Below, piece after piece: positions 47,526 to 57,778 of a stretch of DNA of 64,000 bases (its first letter is position 1; each line of letters opens with the position of its first letter). Made by a program: the position numbers and the translations under genes. This DNA is from Candidatus Zhuqueibacterota bacterium (lineage in GTDB: Bacteria; Zhuqueibacterota; Zhuqueibacteria; Thermofontimicrobiales; Thermofontimicrobiaceae): positions 351,670 through 415,669 of the forward strand of contig JBMOPW010000034.1 in the NCBI GenBank assembly GCA_049322915.1, written 5' to 3'. The notes beneath the pieces were generated by a model. The model saw only the letters and a list, made by a program, of their open reading frames with translations, did not search any database and was not told the origin of the DNA.

Positions 47526-47554
47526 TTGACTTTTTACAAAAATTTCAGTATTAT
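47526..47554 (+). promoter_or_regulatory. tRNA promoter
   Basis: TTGACT-N17-TATTAT, 15 nt before the tRNA. Confidence 0.7.
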
Positions 47555-47569
47555 AGGCGCATCAATTTC

Positions 47570-47642
47570 GGGGCTATAGCTCAGCTGGGAGAGCGCTTGA
47601 CTGGCAGTCAAGAGGTCAGGAGTTCGATCCTCCTTAGCTCCA
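47570..47642 (+). tRNA. tRNA-Ala (anticodon GGC), CCA not encoded
   Basis: Acceptor stem GGGGCTA/TAGCTCC with G3:U70; D arm GCTCAGCTGGGAGAGC; anticodon arm CTTGA-CTGGCAG-TCAAG; T arm AGGAG-TTCGATC-CTCCT; followed by A-CAA. Confidence 0.97.
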
Positions 47643-47663
47643 CAAGATAAATCCCATATTAAT

Positions 47664-47699
47664 AAAAGGTCAATTCTAAGTTAGAGTTGACCTTTTCTT
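47664..47699 (+). terminator. Intrinsic terminator after tRNA-Ala
   Basis: AAAAGGTCAATTCTAA / TTAGAGTTGACCTTTT. Confidence 0.8.
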
Positions 47700-47787
47700 G
47701 TTTAATAGCGGTTTCGTCCGTTATAAGTCCTCAAAATTATCAGTCGTCTTTCGTTCGATAATTTCATCGAACGCGGCCTCGCCTTCT

Positions 47788-48266
47788 TTAGATCGAGACC
47801 AGTGACGAAACGCTGTCCCTGACCGATGTTGTACTGGTTACAAACAGCTCAATGATGTTGAAAAAGCGTTCCGTTCGCTGAAGACCACGCTGGAATTAAG
47901 GCCGAATTATCATAGCCGCGATGCTCGGATTCGCTGCCACATTTTCCCGTGTTTTCTGGCGTTAGTGTTAACCAGAATTTTTAAACTAAAACCAAATTGA
48001 GCTGGTCCCGAATACGGGACGAAATGAATCGTATCTATATCGGTGAATTTCGCCACCAGGGAAAAATGATCAGCTTCATGATTGAATTGACCAAAACCCA
48101 ACAATCGATCTTTGACGCACTGGATATAAAAGAACCATCCACTGTTGTAGGAATACAACTGGAGTGATTTTGTAGTAACACGTTTGCATTTCATCGACCT
48201 GATTTAGTTGATTATATTATAGAGAGTTGTCTCTATTTTTTTTGCACTACCACTGTCGAAGATGGG
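47788..48266 (+). mobile_element. IS1634-family transposase C-terminal remnant with probable right end
   Basis: Frameshifted translation IETSDETLSLTDVVL / GYKQLNDVEKAFRSLKTTLELRPNYHSRDARIRCHIFPCFLALVL matches the YxxLxxVExAFRxLK...RPxYH...RIxxH motif; ends CTGTCGAAGATGGG. Confidence 0.8.
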
Positions 48267-48311
48267 TTAAACAATGATAATCTGAATTAAGCGATTAAGA
48301 AAACGAATCGT

Positions 48312-50435
48312 TCAATTCAGCTTTGTCATAAAAATCCAGTTCGCCTTTAAATACGAATCAGGCTTATCTTTCTTTGGTGGTGTAATTGTTCCTTTCCACG
48401 TTCCATTCTCTCGATAAACCTTTATTGTTCGCCATTGGTATTGACCTTGTTCATAATTATATGTTTCGCCATCGTCGTCATAGAGATTATATTGTCCATT
48501 TGATTCTCCATAATGCCGGATAGTGAGGAGATGCTTTTCGTTCAGACGCGGGGCATGGTTAATTTTTTCAAGTAGTGGAATGATTCCTCCGTCTTTAACG
48601 AAAACAGGAATTCGCTCCAGGGATGTTTTGATTTGTTTTACCTCTGATTCACCGGCAAATTCACCTGTATAAAAATCGTACCATTTGCCCTCAGGAAAAA
48701 TTATATCACGCATCGTTTCGTCAGCAAAAACGGGGGCAACCATTAAATAATCACCAAGCATATATTGATCGTTAACACCCCGATCTATTGCTTGTTTCCA
48801 ACTTGCAGTTTTATTTACAGCTGCGGTACTAAGCAGGTTCATCGCCCGGATCGGGGGGGTGCCTTCAAAATAATACTGCGCAAAAGTTGTGTATAAATAA
48901 GGCAGGAGCTGCATTCGCAAATCGCATACTTCACGTACCGGATTTTCAACATCAAGGAATGACCAGGGTTTAGTGTTATCCGCCCAGGCGTTAATCATAG
49001 CCAAAGGCGAGAAACAAACGGACTGCATCCGCCGCAGCCATTCATCCCCGGATTCTGACGCTCTCACTTCCGGCGTCCATAATACACCGATAAAACTACT
49101 GTTGCATAAAGCCGTAATAAAATCGCGGTGACTATAATAATCATTGTAAATAACAAAAGGTAATCCGGCGCTACCCGCATTCGTACCGCGAACCAGGCCA
49201 TACGTTCGGACATTCAGGTTTTTATAAACCTGCATCACCACGTCCTGAACTAACAGTCCATAAATCTGCCGCATTTGAGTCGCCGTATGACCGGAAGGAA
49301 AAATTGCAACATCCGGCCAGAGCCACTCATCAAATCCATCCACTTCATCTATTTTAAAACCACTTACGTCAATGCCGACAAGATTATGTTCAAGATGTTT
49401 TTGAAATATCTCTCGTGCTTCCGAAATTGTGTAATCCGGAATCCAACCGTTCCATACGCTGTGTGAAGCTGTGTAAGACTTCATCACCTCAAATATGGAA
49501 GACTCCGGCGATAAATATGGATTGAACCAGAGATTGATCCGGATCCCTTTGTCTTTAAGCTCTCGGATGAATTCAGCAGGATTGGGAAAACGGATTGGAT
49601 CCCAATCAAAAGTACAAGGGTAGGATCTGGATTGCCAGCCCGGCTCAAGTCCCACAAAGTCCAGCGGAAAATCGTGAGCCTCGAATTCTGATACCTCCCG
49701 CCTGACGTCGTCAGCGGAATATAATCGTGGCATACGATAAGTAAACCCTAATCCCCATTTCGGCGGCAAGACGCCACCTCCGGTAAATAAATTAAATCGA
49801 CGCACAGCATCTAAAGGTGATGGGCCGCCGAATATATATACTTCTGCACCATCTGACGGTATCAATATCTCCACCGCATCCGAATATGGTTGGGCTTCCC
49901 AGGTGTCGTCTTCATTTCGATCATAGATAATTGGGGGATCGTTGGCATCTTTGCGGACACCAGTTCCCACATAAACAGTTAAATATTCAGCCGAATTGAT
50001 GAAAACGCCATAGCCGCTGCTGGAAACGTAAAATGGAACGGGTGCATGGGTTCTTCCATTATCCTGTCCGCCAAAATGATCCATGTGTAAATTTAAAATT
50101 CGTCCTCTCTGATTGACTGTTTTAAATTGAAGCCCCAATCCAAATATCTGCTCACCCCGGCTTAGCGGAAATCGTAAATACGTCTTGTTCGCCAGCAGCA
50201 CGGCTTTAATCCTGACAGAATCCAAAGGAAACTCCACCGATGGCATTGACTTTAGAGTCGTCCATTTCGGCATGATATGGGTGGCTTTTATCAGATCAAT
50301 TTTTTGTTCATTGCCAAATTGAATCCGCCATACTCCATTAGCCTGTTCCTGCCAGCCGGATTGTGCGTTTCCTCTTTCTGAAAAAAAATAGATGCTGAAT
50401 AGAAAAATCACTAATATTTTATAGGCGATTTTCAT
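48312..50435 (-). CDS. Secreted glycoside hydrolase family 31 (alpha-xylosidase/alpha-glucosidase-like)
   Basis: HAPVPFYVSSSGYGVFIN, LPPKWGLG, RFPNP, nucleophile region GFKIDEVD, LRMQLLPYLY, QYMLGDYLMVAPV, IPVFVKDG, LYDDDGET. Confidence 0.9.
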   Translation of the reverse strand: MKIAYKILVIFLFSIYFFSERGNAQSGWQEQANGVWRIQFGNEQKIDLIKATHIMPKWTTLKSMPSVEFPLDSVRIKAVLLANKTYLRFPLSRGEQIFGLGLQFKTVNQRGRILNLHMDHFGGQDNGRTHAPVPFYVSSSGYGVFINSAEYLTVYVGTGVRKDANDPPIIYDRNEDDTWEAQPYSDAVEILIPSDGAEVYIFGGPSPLDAVRRFNLFTGGGVLPPKWGLGFTYRMPRLYSADDVRREVSEFEAHDFPLDFVGLEPGWQSRSYPCTFDWDPIRFPNPAEFIRELKDKGIRINLWFNPYLSPESSIFEVMKSYTASHSVWNGWIPDYTISEAREIFQKHLEHNLVGIDVSGFKIDEVDGFDEWLWPDVAIFPSGHTATQMRQIYGLLVQDVVMQVYKNLNVRTYGLVRGTNAGSAGLPFVIYNDYYSHRDFITALCNSSFIGVLWTPEVRASESGDEWLRRMQSVCFSPLAMINAWADNTKPWSFLDVENPVREVCDLRMQLLPYLYTTFAQYYFEGTPPIRAMNLLSTAAVNKTASWKQAIDRGVNDQYMLGDYLMVAPVFADETMRDIIFPEGKWYDFYTGEFAGESEVKQIKTSLERIPVFVKDGGIIPLLEKINHAPRLNEKHLLTIRHYGESNGQYNLYDDDGETYNYEQGQYQWRTIKVYRENGTWKGTITPPKKDKPDSYLKANWIFMTKLN

Positions 50436-50523
50436 TTAAGAGTTACCTTAAAAATTTATTTTTACATGCGACGCATGTTTGGCTACCATTTTCTTTTTTT
50501 TTTGGAAATGACTGCTCCTGCCA

Positions 50524-53500
50524 TTATCGTTCGATCAGCAAGCAGATTAATCCACTACCGGGTACCGAAATCAAAGAGCTTGATTCGGCTAAATTGTTTT
50601 TCAATAAATCCGAAGCATAAATTCCTTTCGGCGCAGCGATAAAATTCAATTGTAAATTAGTATCAGCCATTGAAGCATTATATAAAGCAATCCAAATTAA
50701 TTTGCCATTATCCAGCGGCTGCATGGAGATGGTAGAGATATTTTCGTTATCATATCGAATAAGCGGACTGAGTGGTTTGGCTTTTTTATCAACAGGGACA
50801 ACAACCAGTGGCTGTTCGGCAGATATCCCCTGTGCAGTTGCCAGGGCCGGGTTGAATTTCTTATTATGCGGATAAAGAAAATATCGAAAGTTGGCTATTC
50901 CTTCCTGGGTTGCACAATAGTTGGTATGCCAATAATTGTTCATCACGTACGAGTATAATGTGGTTCCCTCACAGGTTTTATCCAGCCAGCCAACAGAGGA
51001 CGCGTCATTGGTAATTTTGCCGATTTCGATCAATGGCACATCCACTGATATGAGGGAAATTCCATACTTCCCATTGGAGATGTCCACATAGTTGTTCAGG
51101 GTGAAGAAATTTTTGCATGACCCTTTCAGTTGATCCTTATTCGGCTGGTAAATTCCGAATGCGTTCTCAATATGAAGTACGCCATCCGGGATGTGAAATG
51201 GGAATGAAATATGAACGGCTTCCGGCGTGTAGATTTTTTGTTTGTCGAAGAGATAGTGTAATTCTACACGGTTAATCCCTGCAATAAGTTTTATCTCGTA
51301 TTCGAGAGCGTTGCACCCCGGCGCTGCAGCCTGAACCAGAAACGAAGACACAAGCGGTCCTTTTTCTTTCACCTTGACCGCCACTTTTTCATGACTCAGG
51401 GGATTATCCGGACTGCGGCCGTTCACATACAAATACCCGCCCAATCCTGGCTGACCAGTTTTTTCGACCAGGTCGATATCCATATTTTTCAAAATAAATG
51501 TGCCAATTGTTCCCCACTGCTGTTCTATCTCGATCCTGATGAATTCATTTTCGAGCGAATTCCCGTCGATGACAGCCGGTTCGAACGGCAGCTCCTTTCC
51601 TCCTTTGTTAATGAAATACCTTCTGCTCCCCCGGGCAGGTATCTCCGATGCCAGGAACACGAATGAGCCATCGGATAACTGCTGCATTGGCGTGGTTACT
51701 CCGTTCTCATCGACAAGGGATAGCCCGGACGCGATGTTCGCTTGTATGTCTTTCGGAACAACCACAAGATCGGTTCTTTGCATCGATGTTGTGTTGATCA
51801 CATCCACCCCATCGAAGTGATTCTTTTTAATGGTGAGGTGATCTAAAACCTGGTTCAAAAGGTCATCCGCTTGTTTGGATGCGTTCAGTGCGAACGATTG
51901 TTTTATCCGCCATTGTTGTCTGGTAAAATCACTCTCCGGCTCGCTGATGCTGTTCCACGAACCCCATGTGTGTTCGTTATAAAGATGAACATTCCGCCAT
52001 GCTTCGGCAAATAGATCGACAGGATAGGCTTCCGGTGCGTATTGAGCAAACAAAGTCATGGCCTGATTCAGTCTGGCAGCGCTTTCCCGGTTAAGCGCAG
52101 TTTCCCTGGCTGACGAAGCAGCGCCATCTTCCCAGTACGGTGTAATATCACCGCTGAGCACAGGTAATTGTTCACCGTATTTCTGTTCGAACTGTCTGAA
52201 AAATTCAGCAGTGGTGGCAATTATAAGTTTTGGACTGGCATATTTTTCGTTCCACTCCCTGACATGGTCGGCAAGGTACTTGTCCGTTGGACCGTTGTCA
52301 CTGCCGATGGTATAACGCAGGGGAATACTATCATAAGGATACAATTCATCGGCAAGTTTATTAACATAGTTCAATATCGTAGGCTGGAGAACTGACAGAC
52401 CAGCAGCGCTTCCCTGGTTTGAAACATAGTGAAATGCAGAGTAGCCCTGCTCATGAACCCATGTAAGTACCTTTTCCTCACCGGACGGGGATGACCAGTA
52501 AAATGGCTTATCGCCCAATTCACGTCGCGTGCTGCCGATACGGTCGCCGTGGTTGATGCCGCAGGACAGGTATTTCATCCCGGTTTGCGCGAGCATGGGA
52601 ACCATGCTCCATGACCAGCCCGGCACATCGGAAATCATGGCAGATTCAATTTTGATACCGCAGATTTGGCTGATTCTGCGGGTTATGTCTGCCATCCACA
52701 CCCATTCTTCAGGACTACACAATCCGGTCAGCATATTGGCGTAAAGCCCATCGATGCCTATCCAGCCATTTTTTATAGCATCGATAAACCGCTGTTGTTT
52801 TTCCTGATCAACGGAAGCCAGATACGATTCTACAGGCCACAGTACCTCTGTATTCCATTTGAATTTCGCTCCTTCAGGATAATTCCGGGTCTGTTCGGCG
52901 AGCATTATGGCATTTTCAAAATGCTGCCATTGAAGCTTTTTAACCTCGTCCTGAACATGAGTGTAACCAATATCCACATGGGAATGCGGCAGGAGATAAA
53001 TCGTCATCGGGATAACGGGCTTGAAGCTGTGGGTCGTATTAACGACTGTATCTTTGCCGACTTGAATGATAACCGGCAATTCTGTTTCAGCCGAGATCAT
53101 GTCCAGTCCGGCGCTGAAGCTATTAAATCCAAATTTTAAAAGAAATTCGGTCTCTGTATGGCCGATCCTGACCAGCGCTTTTGCCGGAGCTGTGATATGA
53201 GCGACATTCAGTCGCATGGATTGTTTGCGCGTGTCGGCTGTATTTAATATGACATTTTCATTTGAAAAAGTCACGCATGATTGGCACGGGTGCTTGAAAA
53301 CCATGAACCACGCGCGACTACCGGCTGATTCACCCTGAACACGTATTCGTATCGGTTTCCCTTTGGGAAAATCTTCAGCCTGCACGTGGATATATAAAAA
53401 TCCGGTCAGATCTTCATATTTATCAAATTCAAGATCCGTAAACTCCATTTTCGCTTTGTTCGGACCGTTCCAGCTAATATCGTTCAATGATCGTTCGCGC

Positions 53501-53856
53501 GGATTATGAAAAGTAAAATATCGGACATCATTCAAATAGACATCAAACTTATGGGAATCTTCTGTTAACTGTAAACTGGCCAGCAAGATAAAGGACAGTG
53601 TCATTTTATCACTCTTCAACGGTACAGGTTGTGTTTCCCATTCGATAAAATCTGCTGCATTAAGAGAACGTACCAACAGCGCATCGAGAGATTGAGAACC
53701 AAGCGTATGATAATTCAACGTTTCGCCCCGGATTTCCATTGCAAAGCCGGAAAGAAAATCACTCTGATAACTGAATTTATTTTGTGCAACACCCACAGAA
53801 TTAATACTCCAAATAAAAATGTTAATAAAAATAATTTTTATCACTCTTTTTAGCAT
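50524..53856 (-). CDS. Secreted glycoside hydrolase family 38-like (alpha-mannosidase fold)
   Basis: PHSHVDIGY, KWNTE, SDVPG, YWEDG, YNEHTWG, VMNNYWHTN; signal peptide. Confidence 0.85.
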   Translation of the reverse strand: MLKRVIKIIFINIFIWSINSVGVAQNKFSYQSDFLSGFAMEIRGETLNYHTLGSQSLDALLVRSLNAADFIEWETQPVPLKSDKMTLSFILLASLQLTEDSHKFDVYLNDVRYFTFHNPRERSLNDISWNGPNKAKMEFTDLEFDKYEDLTGFLYIHVQAEDFPKGKPIRIRVQGESAGSRAWFMVFKHPCQSCVTFSNENVILNTADTRKQSMRLNVAHITAPAKALVRIGHTETEFLLKFGFNSFSAGLDMISAETELPVIIQVGKDTVVNTTHSFKPVIPMTIYLLPHSHVDIGYTHVQDEVKKLQWQHFENAIMLAEQTRNYPEGAKFKWNTEVLWPVESYLASVDQEKQQRFIDAIKNGWIGIDGLYANMLTGLCSPEEWVWMADITRRISQICGIKIESAMISDVPGWSWSMVPMLAQTGMKYLSCGINHGDRIGSTRRELGDKPFYWSSPSGEEKVLTWVHEQGYSAFHYVSNQGSAAGLSVLQPTILNYVNKLADELYPYDSIPLRYTIGSDNGPTDKYLADHVREWNEKYASPKLIIATTAEFFRQFEQKYGEQLPVLSGDITPYWEDGAASSARETALNRESAARLNQAMTLFAQYAPEAYPVDLFAEAWRNVHLYNEHTWGSWNSISEPESDFTRQQWRIKQSFALNASKQADDLLNQVLDHLTIKKNHFDGVDVINTTSMQRTDLVVVPKDIQANIASGLSLVDENGVTTPMQQLSDGSFVFLASEIPARGSRRYFINKGGKELPFEPAVIDGNSLENEFIRIEIEQQWGTIGTFILKNMDIDLVEKTGQPGLGGYLYVNGRSPDNPLSHEKVAVKVKEKGPLVSSFLVQAAAPGCNALEYEIKLIAGINRVELHYLFDKQKIYTPEAVHISFPFHIPDGVLHIENAFGIYQPNKDQLKGSCKNFFTLNNYVDISNGKYGISLISVDVPLIEIGKITNDASSVGWLDKTCEGTTLYSYVMNNYWHTNYCATQEGIANFRYFLYPHNKKFNPALATAQGISAEQPLVVVPVDKKAKPLSPLIRYDNENISTISMQPLDNGKLIWIALYNASMADTNLQLNFIAAPKGIYASDLLKNNLAESSSLISVPGSGLICLLIER

Positions 53857-54010
53857 ACTGAATTCCTTTCGATAGTTACTGGAATCTGATCCGTGCCATG
53901 TAATAAACGAATATGAGTGACGTCAGGAATAGTGATTTGATACTCAATGTAAAGTGATCCCGGAATTCCCCAAACATGGAGCCATCCAGAAGCTTTTGTT
54001 TAGTAAAGGA

Positions 54011-55408
54011 TCATTTAATCCATAATTTTTCAATCTCCTCGAGAGGCCTGCGTTTTGTTTCAGGAACCAATTTCCATGTGACAATAATTGCCGGGAAACA
54101 GGTTAGTGCGAATAACCAGAATGTGCCATGCGCTTTTACTGTTTCGAGAAGAAATGGCGTGAATTGCCCGACAATCCAGGTCCCTGTCCACAAAGTGAGC
54201 GTGGCTATACCCATAGCCCTGCCTCTGATTCTTGTTGGATAAATTTCTGATAAAATGACCCAGACTACCGGACCAAAGGAAAAAGCAAAACAGGCGATGT
54301 AAAATAAAATAAATATTAACAGAATAACGCTCGATGCAACATTCATCGCAAACAAAATTCCGATAATTACAAGGCCGGTTACGGCGCCGGCAACTCCCCA
54401 GATCAATAATGGTTTCCGGCCGAATTTATCGATCGTGAAGATGGCAACAAAAGTAAAAAGCGTATTTACTATCCCAATAGTGACCTGGCCCCAAAATGCA
54501 TCGCCGGATCCCAGTCCGGCTTCTTTTAAAATTTTCACGCCGTAATAGATGATGGCATTGATCCCGCTGAACTGTGAAAACATTGCCAGTGCTATGCCGA
54601 TGAGCAGGGCTTTGAATATACATGGACGAAACAGCTCTTTGAGTGATCCTGATTCCATTTCAAGGGTCTGTTTAATTTCGCCGATCTCCTTGCGAGCGAC
54701 GGATTCGCCGCTAATATGAGCCAAAACAGTATGAGCCTTTGTCTCCTTGCCTTTTGACATTAAAAAGCGGGGCGATTCAGGGACAATAAACAGAAAGATA
54801 AAAAACAGAAACGCCGGAATTAGTTCGGCGCCAAACATTCCCCGCCACATTTCTTCGATCATAATATAATGCCAGAAGGTTCCTGATGAAAGGTAACTAT
54901 TATCCGCTGCGGTAAGTATCCAGTAATTTGAAAGATAAGCAGCCAGGATACCCACGGTAATGGCAAGCTGGTACAGTGTCACCAGCATTCCGCGCATTCT
55001 CGGTATGGCAATTTCTGAAATATATAATGGCGATATTATGGATGCCACTCCGATACCCAGCCCGCCAATAAAGCGATAAATGATGAGCTGAGTGTGAGTT
55101 GCACTGATGACACAGCCTAGCGCAGAGATTGAAAACAAAATTGCCGAAAGGATCAACACCGGCTTTCTGCCAAAGGCATCGCTTAAAAACCCTGCGATTA
55201 TAACACCGAAGATACAGCCAAGCAGGGCGCTGCTGACAAACCATCCTTCGGTCAAAGCAGTCAGGTGAAACTGGTCTTTGACAAAACCCACTGTGCCAGA
55301 GATGACAGCCGTATCAAATCCAAATAGAAAACCGCCTAGCGCAGTAATGAGCGCAAGCATGAACAGGTATCGCTTGTTTTCCTGTTCACTACTAGACAAG
55401 GAATTCAT
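54011..55408 (-). CDS. MFS sugar porter (XylE/GalP family)
   Basis: GGFLFGFDTAVISG, DAFGRK, YISEIA..RG, PESPRFL, QFSGINAIIYY, DKFGRK, SEIYP, PETK. Confidence 0.95.
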   Translation of the reverse strand: MNSLSSSEQENKRYLFMLALITALGGFLFGFDTAVISGTVGFVKDQFHLTALTEGWFVSSALLGCIFGVIIAGFLSDAFGRKPVLILSAILFSISALGCVISATHTQLIIYRFIGGLGIGVASIISPLYISEIAIPRMRGMLVTLYQLAITVGILAAYLSNYWILTAADNSYLSSGTFWHYIMIEEMWRGMFGAELIPAFLFFIFLFIVPESPRFLMSKGKETKAHTVLAHISGESVARKEIGEIKQTLEMESGSLKELFRPCIFKALLIGIALAMFSQFSGINAIIYYGVKILKEAGLGSGDAFWGQVTIGIVNTLFTFVAIFTIDKFGRKPLLIWGVAGAVTGLVIIGILFAMNVASSVILLIFILFYIACFAFSFGPVVWVILSEIYPTRIRGRAMGIATLTLWTGTWIVGQFTPFLLETVKAHGTFWLFALTCFPAIIVTWKLVPETKRRPLEEIEKLWIK

Positions 55409-55519
55409 AGGACCTCACTTTACAAATGCTTTCACAACCTGAACTTCTGAGTTAGTTTCATTTTCAGCCGATAGCTGATAGCAGCAGCAGGTATTACAAA
55501 TGTTCCCGCATGGTTGAAC

Positions 55520-55760
55520 AGTTGGCGTATTCCAGGTCCATCCGGAGCCAGTCGTACATTTTAATGGTGAAAATGTAGGGCGTACTGGAAATTTTCAATA
55601 CCAGGTTATTTATGCCTGAACCATGAATGGCGCCCTTGGGAATCAGCAGCAGATCGTGCTTTATTAAGGCATGAGACTGAACATACTGAGTTCAGGATCG
55701 TCTCTGAACCGGCCCGGCTCAATTCCTTCCTGAAAGCCAGGATAAACATGGGCGTTAAAC
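55520..55760 (-). pseudogene. Internal remnant of a class I mannose-6-phosphate isomerase-like (cupin) gene
   Basis: Two-frame translation AHVYPGFQEGIEPGRFR / [52 protein letters not shown] resembles the cupin motif IPxGxIHxxG...LEIS...YDW. Confidence 0.7.
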
Positions 55761-57293
55761 TTACCAGAATATAATATAAAAGCCAATAACAGCTGCAATC
55801 ACTGCGCTGCCCAGCCAAACAACTGACTTTGCCGAACGCATATCGAATTCTTTTTGAACCGGCATCTCTTTTGGATTCTCCAATGGATTCAGGATAGTTA
55901 GAAGTGTCATTATCAGGATGAGAATACCAAAAGTAATTGCCATCCGGTTCAGGAAGGCAATATCCGAATGCTGCCATTGAAGGTATCCGTAGATCGGAAC
56001 GGAAAGCAGCAATGCAATAACACCGGAGCTTGCAGGCGCTTTTTTGTTGACAAAGCCGAACACAAAAGCCGCCAGGACACCCGGGGAGATATATCCCTGA
56101 AATTCCTGGATATAATGAAAGACTCCCTTAAATTTCGGATTGGCCAATTGTGGGGCAATCAGGCAACCGATAACCACGAAAATCAGGGTCATCACCCGGC
56201 CGATATTCACAAGTGATCTTTGCCCTGCTTCCGGTTTGAAGTGACGTTTGTAAATGTCCAATGTAAAAATGGTTGATGCGGAATTAAGCATGGATGCCAG
56301 TGAACTGATAACGGCGCCGGCCAAAGCGGCAAAAATAAATCCACGCATACCCAACGGAACAAGATTTCGGATAAGTATCGGGTAAGCTTTATCCGGTGTC
56401 GCCAGTTCCGTGCCATAAAGTTGCACCGCCATAATTCCTGGGAAGACGATGGCGAAAGGCACGAGCAACCATAATCCCGCCGCAAAAATAATCCCAAGTT
56501 GTCCTTCCCGAAGTGTCTTTGCCGCCAGGGTACGCTGCACGATAAACTGATTTAATCCGCAATAATAAAAATTAGGAATCCATAATCCTACTAATAGCGC
56601 AGTCCAGGGAATTTCCGGATGATCAGCGGGGAGAACCATGTGCAGGCGTTCTGTATTGGCGTCAAAAAATGAAGCAGGTCCGCCAACCGCGATAAATCCC
56701 AGAACCATGGTTAAAAGACCGCCAAGAAGAAGAGCCGAACCCTGAACTAAATCCGCATAGGCCACTGCTTTCAGCCCACCCCATGTTGTATACAATGCGG
56801 CAACAATTCCAATCAGCCAGACGGCGCTAACCATATCCATATCAAAAATGGTATGAAGCGTCAGTCCGCCGGAATAAAGCACGGCAGTGATTGTAACGCC
56901 TACATAAATGATCATTGTATAAAAGGCCATGAGTGCGCGGGCTCCTGCATTGTAACGGTATTCCAGGTACTCCGGCATGGTGTAAATTCCGGATCGCAGA
57001 AACCTGGGAAGGAAAAACAACGCCACAAATACAATAGTCACGGCGCCAAGTAGTTGATAACCCGACACGGCGAGTCCCACGTTCGCTGCTCCCTGTCCGC
57101 TCATACCGACAAACTGTTCCGTTGAGATATTGGCTGCAACAATCGAGAAGCCAATCAGGTACCATTTTAATCCGCGGCCGGCAAGAAAATAATCTTCACT
57201 ATTCTCTTCTTTGCGGCTTTTGTACATGCTAAAACTAACGACAAAAAGAACGAAAACAACAAAAAATAAAATATCCATCCAGGCTAATTGCAT
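55761..57293 (-). CDS. Sodium:solute symporter (SSS, SGLT-like sugar transporter)
   Basis: DYFLAGR, AANISTEQFVGMSG, TMPEYLEYRY, GGLKAVAYAD, NQFIVQRTLAA, SSLASMLNSASTIFTLDIY. Confidence 0.95.
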   Translation of the reverse strand: MQLAWMDILFFVVFVLFVVSFSMYKSRKEENSEDYFLAGRGLKWYLIGFSIVAANISTEQFVGMSGQGAANVGLAVSGYQLLGAVTIVFVALFFLPRFLRSGIYTMPEYLEYRYNAGARALMAFYTMIIYVGVTITAVLYSGGLTLHTIFDMDMVSAVWLIGIVAALYTTWGGLKAVAYADLVQGSALLLGGLLTMVLGFIAVGGPASFFDANTERLHMVLPADHPEIPWTALLVGLWIPNFYYCGLNQFIVQRTLAAKTLREGQLGIIFAAGLWLLVPFAIVFPGIMAVQLYGTELATPDKAYPILIRNLVPLGMRGFIFAALAGAVISSLASMLNSASTIFTLDIYKRHFKPEAGQRSLVNIGRVMTLIFVVIGCLIAPQLANPKFKGVFHYIQEFQGYISPGVLAAFVFGFVNKKAPASSGVIALLLSVPIYGYLQWQHSDIAFLNRMAITFGILILIMTLLTILNPLENPKEMPVQKEFDMRSAKSVVWLGSAVIAAVIGFYIIFW

Positions 57294-57371
57294 ATAGTAT
57301 CCTATCCTTTATACTATTTTAACTTTTATGTGGCATGGATCGGTGGCTGCTCTGTATCATCGCTGAATATC

Positions 57372-57508
57372 TGCTACTAAGACACGAAGCCGCTAAGAGA
57401 GTAAAATATAAACAACGTGTGCCGAATAATTCCTCTTGTTGTATTTATTTTCAGTCACGAATTACAAACTGATCGAGGTTAGCTTGGTGGCTTAGCGTCT
57501 TTGAGGCA
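57372..57508. repeat. Imperfect inverted-repeat mini-element
   Basis: TGCTACTAAGACACGAAGCCGCTAAG (57372-57397) versus CTTGGTGGCTTAGCGTCTTTGAGGCA (57483-57508); shares CTTTGAGGCAA with the 35-nt repeat. Confidence 0.55.
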
Positions 57509-57539
57509 ACGAAGTTATCCAGAAGTAAAATCCATCGGT

Positions 57540-57756
57540 ACGCCACTCAAAGGTTAACCTGATATGATATTCAACTGGTTTAAGACAAAAGAACACTTTT
57601 CAAATAGCATTGTAGAAGGGCTGAACAACAACGCAAAGTTCACTATCAGAAAAGCGCACGGATTTAAGCAGTTTGAAACCTTAAAAATCGCACTGTACCA
57701 TCAACTTGGCGATTCAACTGAACCGCTGACTACCCACAAATTTTATTGACGAAGCG
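57540..57756 (+). mobile_element. ISL3-family transposase C-terminal remnant
   Basis: IFNWF...SNSIVEGLNNNAKFTIRKAHGFKQFETLKIALYHQLG...THKF matches the ISL3 (S/T)NxxxEGxNxxxK...xxGF motif. Confidence 0.8.
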
Positions 57757-57778
57757 AGTAAATATTCATGTGGCACGA

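Noticed and set aside
47646..48311. Integrase or prophage at tRNA-Ala
   Set aside because: Only an IS1634 fragment is present; no tyrosine or serine recombinase or phage genes in the window
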